Positions 56,936-64,000 of a stretch of DNA of 64,000 nt are shown here, in pieces (position 1 is the first letter of the stretch; each line of letters begins with the position of its first letter). The translations under genes and the position numbers were made by a program. Source of the stretch: Octopus sinensis (Eukaryota); assembly GCF_006345805.1 (NCBI RefSeq), contig NC_042999.1, forward strand, positions 174,344,001 to 174,408,000, written 5' to 3'. The notes beneath the pieces are model-generated. The model did not search any database. It was not told the DNA's origin and saw nothing but the letters and a program-made list of their open reading frames with translations.

Positions 56936-58109
56936 ATTTGTGTGTGTGTGTGTGTGAAAGAGAGAGAGAGAAAGAGAGAGAGATATATACAAATAGAAAG
57001 CATCTAATTAAAAACTCAGTCTATTTCGGCATAAAAATAACTATCACCGGTTTTTTGCATATTTACTAGATGTCACCATCAACTTAACCACAGAAGTAAT
57101 AGTCAAAGAAGTAATAAGTATGTTATTCTTTAATATCACATGTAAAGGAAATATTAGATCTTATATAGATCATAAGTACATGTTTGTAGAAATAAAGATA
57201 TAAATGTTTTTACTAATATCATTTTCCTCATAAACTTACTAAAATTACTATATACAGAAACCGTGACCAAATCTCAAAATCGGCTTCTGCCTATTTTGTT
57301 GCACTCGCAGCAACAATTGATTCACGGCATCAAATGCATTGTGGAGAGTGATTGGTGAGCAGCTGGTATCTGATCATTAGCAAAGTCAGATAACTGCGTC
57401 AATCAGGGATTGAAATCGTTTTGTGGACTCAACCCACTGAATCTTTCTACTCTTACAAATCCTCTGAACTCGAATATTGATTTCCCACATTGGTAATTTT
57501 TTATCAGTATGGATACTTAGGTGTAGCAGTTTTATTGTCTCTTTAGAATAAACAATGAATAATAATTCCGAGTCGTAATTCGCTCGAATCCTTACGTGGC
57601 AACCAATCAATGCAATTGTTTACAGAACTAACCCGCATTTGGCGCATGTTTAATCACATTTGGATTCATTTCAGGGGCTACAGATGTACTTGAAAAGGAT
57701 TAGAACTTCACAACGTACGATTTTCTCTTCCTCAAACTAGTTAAAAGAAATAATCATCGGTTCCTTTCCATTTGGTACACTGTCATTAAGGTAAGGGTTA
57801 AGGACAAAGTGTAGTTGAGTGAACCAATTTCATATTTTTTAACTTAGTTTTATTGAACTTTGTATGACTAAAACTAAAACTGAATCCTGTGTTATTTAAA
57901 TTCGTAGCCGAGGAAGACAAAACTTCATTTGACTAAAAACAAGGAACCTATAATTTAGACAGGGAATGTGGGGAATTGTAACATTCAAGCTTTTTTCCAA
58001 AATAAAAAGGAAACAAATTAAAACTGAAACTGCTTCGCTGAATCTTACCATTTTTCTACGTTCTTTATATAAAATCTCTCAAGGTTCTCTGGTGACATTC
58101 ATATATATT

Positions 58110-58141
<32 letters not shown>

Positions 58142-58212
58142 TGTATGTATGTATGTATGTATGTATGTATGTATGTATGTATGTATGTATGTATGGATAT
58201 ATACATATACAT

Positions 58213-58485
58213 ATGTCGTCGGCTGCGGGGTCACTCCGAAAAGCTCTATCTGCGACGATTTCATCTCAATCGAAGGAGAGGTGCTTTCTCCGTCCAGGTT
58301 GCGGATCCGTGGAATAAGCTGCCGGACGAGATAGTGAAGATGCCGACGACCGCTCGGTTCAAAGTCTCTCTTGACCAGAAATGGCCTGAGCTCTTTGCAT
58401 GAACGCCACCCTGTACATAACTCCATGTCCCCCTACATGGCCTTGCTTTTTGCTTTTTGAGCCAAAAAAAAATAACTTAACTATA
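58213..58485 (+). mobile_element. CR1-clade LINE 3' end
   Basis: RLRGHSEKL...RRGAFSVQVADPWNKLPDEIV...FKVSLD matches the CR1 C-terminal RGH...FSxRVxxxWNxLP motif. Short 3' UTR. Confidence 0.85.
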
Positions 58486-59983
58486 TACACAGACATGTTT
58501 TTTTTTTTCATAAATGAGAGGAAGAATATTCAGTACACATTATAAATACTAAAATAATTATTAATATTATTTTATTTATAAGTAATTAAGCATTATGTTT
58601 CTATCAGCAGCTGGCTCTTAGCTCTGTCGTTACTCGTAGTTTCCTGCTTGTCACGTTAGTCCAGGAGAAATATAATAAAAATATAATAAATGGCGTTTGG
58701 ACAGGATGTTTTACACATTAATTTCATTTGTTAATTTCATTTGTCATCTCAGATAATGTGCTGTTAATACTACGGTTCTCGGTTGAGCAGCGTGCAATTG
58801 ATGGAAGACAAATCCACAGAGAGAGAGAAAGACAAATCTTGATTTATATATGGCGTGGGCTGCTTAATTTTAGTTCCCAGGAGAGATAATTTGAAATGAA
58901 TGTTATGTAGCGGGGGAATAATCCTTTCTATTGTTTATTTCTTCTTCATTTATCTTAGTCCTATTTTAAATGAATCTGCAGATGTAATGTAGTCCAGTGA
59001 TAAAGGCTGAATTTTGTCCGACGTAAGAATGTGCAGAATTTTTCGTCTCTAAAATTCAAGATCTTATATGGCGTACTAATAATATTTTGTACCTTTTCTG
59101 CGCTCATAAATTACATCTTTTCTTCCTACTATTACCTGGCTCGGTTTTCTCAACAACGTCTCATTTTATAGTACATAGTTCACTCATATATCATCAACCC
59201 TCAGCATATATTGAATTAATGATACAGATTTAATTTTGTCCCTGGATTTTAATGATTGAATATGTTCTGTTTTATCAAGTTTCCAAGATGTTTTCTTTTC
59301 ACTCTGTGTGTGTGTGTGCCGTTTAACACCATCTGCTGCTTTCACATCAGTTCCACATACTATGGCTCTCGATAAGCATTTTCCATTGGGATGGCAGTTT
59401 AGTGTGTATCATTTAGTTTCATTTAGTGTATTAGAAGTGTTGATGTGTGTGTGCGTGTGTGTATACTTATGTGCGTGTGCAGAGATAGATAAATAGAGGG
59501 AGAGAGTGGAGTGTGAGTGAAAGAGACAGAAACAAAAAATTGTTTGACTGTTACTCGCGTTACTTTTAAAAGAGGATGTTATTACAATTATTTCAAAAAC
59601 TTTGATTTAAAATATTACTACTTGTATATCATAACAGTATTTGAGTTTTAACGATTCGTCACTTGTAGCTTGAGAAACTCAACGATGAGATAATGGTTGT
59701 GAACTAACTGCTACCCAATTAGAGCCCTAAATCACATTTTTTAATGATGCTGCAGAAAAAATTGTAAAGAAATATTGAAAGGGAAAAAATATTCCAATTT
59801 GGAAAAAACATGAAGCTACTAACGATGCAGCCATTGTCAGAAAATTTTATCTCATTATCCATATATTGTGTGGCTGGTGCATATAAATGTATATGTACGT
59901 AAAATCAGTGTTGATTTATCAGATACTTAAGTGTATGGTTTGTCACATATATTTGTTGAGGGTCATCATCGCTGTATATTGGA

Positions 59984-59986
<3 letters not shown>

Positions 59987-60054
<68 letters not shown>

Positions 60055-60176
60055 TATGTGCGCTTGTGTATGCATACATATACACATGCATAAATACATG
60101 GTGAATATGTAGATAGATAGATAGATAGATATAGATGTATATTTATATCAAAAATATAAATATATGAAAGAATGTA

Positions 60177-60228
<52 letters not shown>

Positions 60229-60306
60229 ATAATATATATATATATATTATAAATATATGTATATATATATATATAATATATATATATAATATATGTATAT
60301 ATATAA

Positions 60307-60355
<49 letters not shown>

Positions 60356-60432
60356 AAATATATGTATATATATATATATATATATATGTATAAATATATG
60401 TATAAATATATGTATATATATATATGTATAAA

Positions 60433-60473
<41 letters not shown>

Positions 60474-60560
60474 AAATATATGTATATATATATATGTATA
60501 AATATATGTATATATATATTATATATATATATATGTATGTATATATATATATATATATCA
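59987..60560. repeat. Long (TA)n-derived tract with a TATATGTATAAA higher-order unit
   Basis: Directly visible. Confidence 0.95.
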
Positions 60561-60799
60561 CGCGCGCACTCACACAAACATACACGCACGCACACACATA
60601 AAAGATAATCTTTCCGCCTCTCGTTCTCCTTCTTTCTCATTCTGTATATATATATATATATATATATGCATGCTTACGCACACATACACGCGCGCACGCA
60701 AACACGTATATATACATACATAACCAAATGTATGTGTGTGTGTGGTGTTTACAAAAGGGAGAAAGTACAATAAATCTAACCAACCGTCACTCGCGAGTG

Positions 60800-61095
60800 A
60801 GTATGATGTACCGTGCTGTCCCTAATAGTTTTAGGTTCCTCTGTATTCACAGAAGACATAGACACTCTCTCGGTTGCCTTTTCTTTGGCTCAGCGGCACA
60901 TCCAGGATGTGAGAGCATGATGAAGAGTAAGCTGCACCTGTAACCAGCTGCTATTCATTTACGGTTGAGTAGACTGGAGCAACGTGTTATGAAGTGATAA
61001 GCTCAAAGAGACTACACATTCAGCCGTTCAGTAACTATATTGATGGCTATATGACTATGAGCTGAATACCTTAACCACCAGACTACGGGCTATCT
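60800..61095 (-). mobile_element. Degraded CORE-type SINE
   Basis: Reverse complement contains gtagtctggtggttaagg...ctttgagcttatcacttcataacacgttgctccagtctactcaacc. Confidence 0.6.
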
Positions 61096-61747
61096 CACAA
61101 ACTGAACGAAAGGGATACACTTGGTTTTATTAGCAAATGTCTTGGTGACAACTTGGATAAGCGAGGGTTTTCAGAAAAAGAAATCAACGAACTAACGTAC
61201 ACATTACGTACAAATACAATCTGTAAACGAAGCAGTAAAAAAATATGCATGAGTTCTTAGAGTCAACATGCGACGTTGTTTTTTGTTACCCACATTCCAA
61301 TGACAGAACTTTATATCCATGTTAGAAAGCAGCTCTTTGCTGAAAGGAGAGAGCTGGTTTCCAACAAATTATTTTAAAATGGAAGAAAACATACGTAGAG
61401 GTATTGCTATGGGGGTTAAGAACTTTTGCTCGCAGCTTCATGATCCAGGGTTCAATCCGGCAGTTAGGAACTTTTGGTTCGTATCTTCTTCTATAGCCTC
61501 GTGTTCGCCAATAACTTGTGTAGTAGTAGTAGTAGGAGGAGGAGGAGGAGGAGAGGAGAGAGGAGGAGGAAGGGGAGAAGGAAATTTTTCAAAGAATATC
61601 TGTAATGTTTTGCTAATCCTTACTGTAATGTGTTTATTTTTGCTTTATTTATGGTGACTCCTCGGTTTAATTATTGAAATATTTGGCTTTAAAAAACAAT
61701 ATTTATACATCTACACGATAAGCAACAACAATAACAACAACTATAAC

Positions 61748-61781
<34 letters not shown>

Positions 61782-62455
61782 TAATAATAATAATAATAAT
61801 AATAATATGCTGCTTGATAACGATAGCTATCCTTCAATAAGAAGCTCGAGATATAATCTAAAGTATATTTGTGTTATGTGTATGTGCGCGTGTGTGTTTG
61901 TGTGTGTGTGTGTGTGTGTATGTGTGTGTGTGTGTGTGTGAGTATGTGTGTTGTGTTTTGTTTTCCTATAATTTTTTGTCTTTCTGTTCTTGTTGCTGTG
62001 TTATTCTTGTTTCAATTCCATAGCCAAGTCTTTGCCGACGGCAAGGATTGATAGTTTCATTCTGAGAGAGAGAGAGAGGGAAAGAGAAAGAGAGAGAACG
62101 GAGGGAAGATACACACACTCATACACACAAGCATGTATACATATATATACACACACACACACAAACATATATATATATATATATATATACACGCGTGTGC
62201 ACACATACAGATACACATATATATGCATGTATATATGAATGCATTATATATCTACATATGTATATATATAAATACATGTATATATAAATATGCATATATA
62301 AATATACATTTACATTTATATATATATATATAATATATATATGCTATATATATGCACATATATATGTATGTATATATATCTAATATATATATATAATTAT
62401 ATATATATATATATAATATATATATATATATTATATATATATATATATATTTATT

Positions 62456-62486
<31 letters not shown>

Positions 62487-63020
62487 ATATACACGTATAT
62501 ACTCACATATTACATATATATACGCCATAATATACACATACGCATATTGTATATATATATATATGACTGTGGGTGTATATATATATATATGTGCGTAGTG
62601 TGCGTGCGTGCGTAGGGATGTATGTATGTATGTATCGTTGCGTCTTTTGAGACTGGAAACTTTGTTGCCGATATAAAAGGAGGATGAGGGGGGAGGAGGA
62701 GAAACAGGAGGAGAGGGGATGAGAGGAGGACGATGAGGAAGAGGAGGCAAGTGTAGAAATATTTTTTTCTTTATTATTATTTCAATTATAAGACTAAACA
62801 GGAAGCAATCACGGATATAATTTTTGATTGTAATTTAGAACACCTACTCGTGTGAGAGAATGTGTGCGTTTGTTTATAAGCATATATCTGTCTATCAACA
62901 CGTTTCCATATGTGTATGTATGTATTTATTTAAGTATTTGTTTATATATATATTCGTATGTGTATGTATATATGTGCTTGTATGTATTCATTCATGTATG
63001 TATTTACGTGTATATTTGCA

Positions 63021-63056
<36 letters not shown>

Positions 63057-63451
63057 TGTCTGTCTGGCTGTGCTTTCATTTAATAAGGGGAACACAAAAT
63101 AGTTGGATAGCAGGAATCTGACAAACGGAGGACATGATTCGATTTCTATTCCAAATTGCTGTTTAAAATTTTAGCTATTAAAAATAGCTATTTTAATTCA
63201 CATAAGCTGAAAATGTCCTTGTCATCACAGAAAATGTATATAGCGCCTTATTTTCTTTCACTGAAATCGATATCGGGCTTTATCGAAGGAGCCCTTCAAA
63301 CTAACAAAAGTGCATCTGCATGGTCGCTTGAACAACTAGAAATAGCAACTAAAGCTACTTCAAATCACGCTCTGGCATCTTATATAAGAAACACATTGAA
63401 CAATTGAGTGCTGTCGCTTAGGTTGTAAGTAAATACGTATTTCTTGTGAAG

Positions 63452-63562
63452 GTGCGCAGCCTAGTGCTTCATGTGTTGGACTTATGGCCGTGAAGTCGTG
63501 AGTTCTGTGTCCTTTAGAAAAACAGTTCATTTCACGTTATCTTAATCCGTTCAACTGGAAAT
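63452..63562 (+). mobile_element. Degraded SINE 5' fragment
   Basis: gcgcagcctagtg...gtgagttc...ttcatttcacgtt...ttcaactggaaatg. Confidence 0.45.
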
Positions 63563-63689
63563 GTGTTCTGTGTTACTGCCTCGGGGGCCATTAGACAAAT
63601 ATCTTCAAAGGCAAGGAAGAGGTCAACGGTTCCCGGAAGCTAGCAGTACACAGGACGGTGTTATAGCTTGCAACCAAGTCAACAACACT

Positions 63690-63817
63690 ACTTTCTTTCT
63701 CTCCCTTTCTCTCTCTCTCCCTCTCTCTCTCTCTCTCGCTCTCTCTCTCTCTCCATATATATATATATATATATTCACTCTCTCTCTTTCTCTCTCTCTA
63801 CCTCTCTCTCGTTCTCG

Positions 63818-63849
<32 letters not shown>

Positions 63850-63878
63850 TTCTCTTTCTCTCTATCTCTCTCTCCCCC

Positions 63879-63972
<94 letters not shown>
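63690..63972. repeat. (TC)n microsatellite / polypyrimidine tract
   Basis: Directly visible. Confidence 0.95.
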
Positions 63973-63973
<1 letters not shown>

Positions 63974-64000
63974 TAACTTAGACAAATGATAATAGGCCTA

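Overview
AT-rich eukaryotic (metazoan) genomic DNA made almost entirely of microsatellites and transposable-element debris. I could not support any host protein-coding exon, so the window is probably intronic or intergenic. The SINE families and the dense (TA)n/(TG)n/(TAA)n/(TATG)n repeats suggest an octopus or related cephalopod genome; this is inference from recall, not a search. Contents: tRNA-derived SINEs of several families, a cluster of R4/Dong-type non-LTR retrotransposons associated with (TAA)n, L1/Tx1-like, CR1-like and RTE-like LINE relics, two full-length but disrupted Tc1 transposons with long TIRs, a hAT relic, a non-autonomous Helitron, MITEs and Penelope-like remnants. Most long ORFs in the track are microsatellite artefacts. 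The most notable item is a non-coding, highly structured ~471-nt unit at 8361-9365 with two complete type I hammerhead ribozymes in tandem plus an inverted half copy, a candidate retrozyme/circRNA-producing element. Also notable: a second minimal-hammerhead family, two LINE-SINE 3'-tail partnerships visible inside the window, and an ORF1-only (HAL1-like) LINE derivative.
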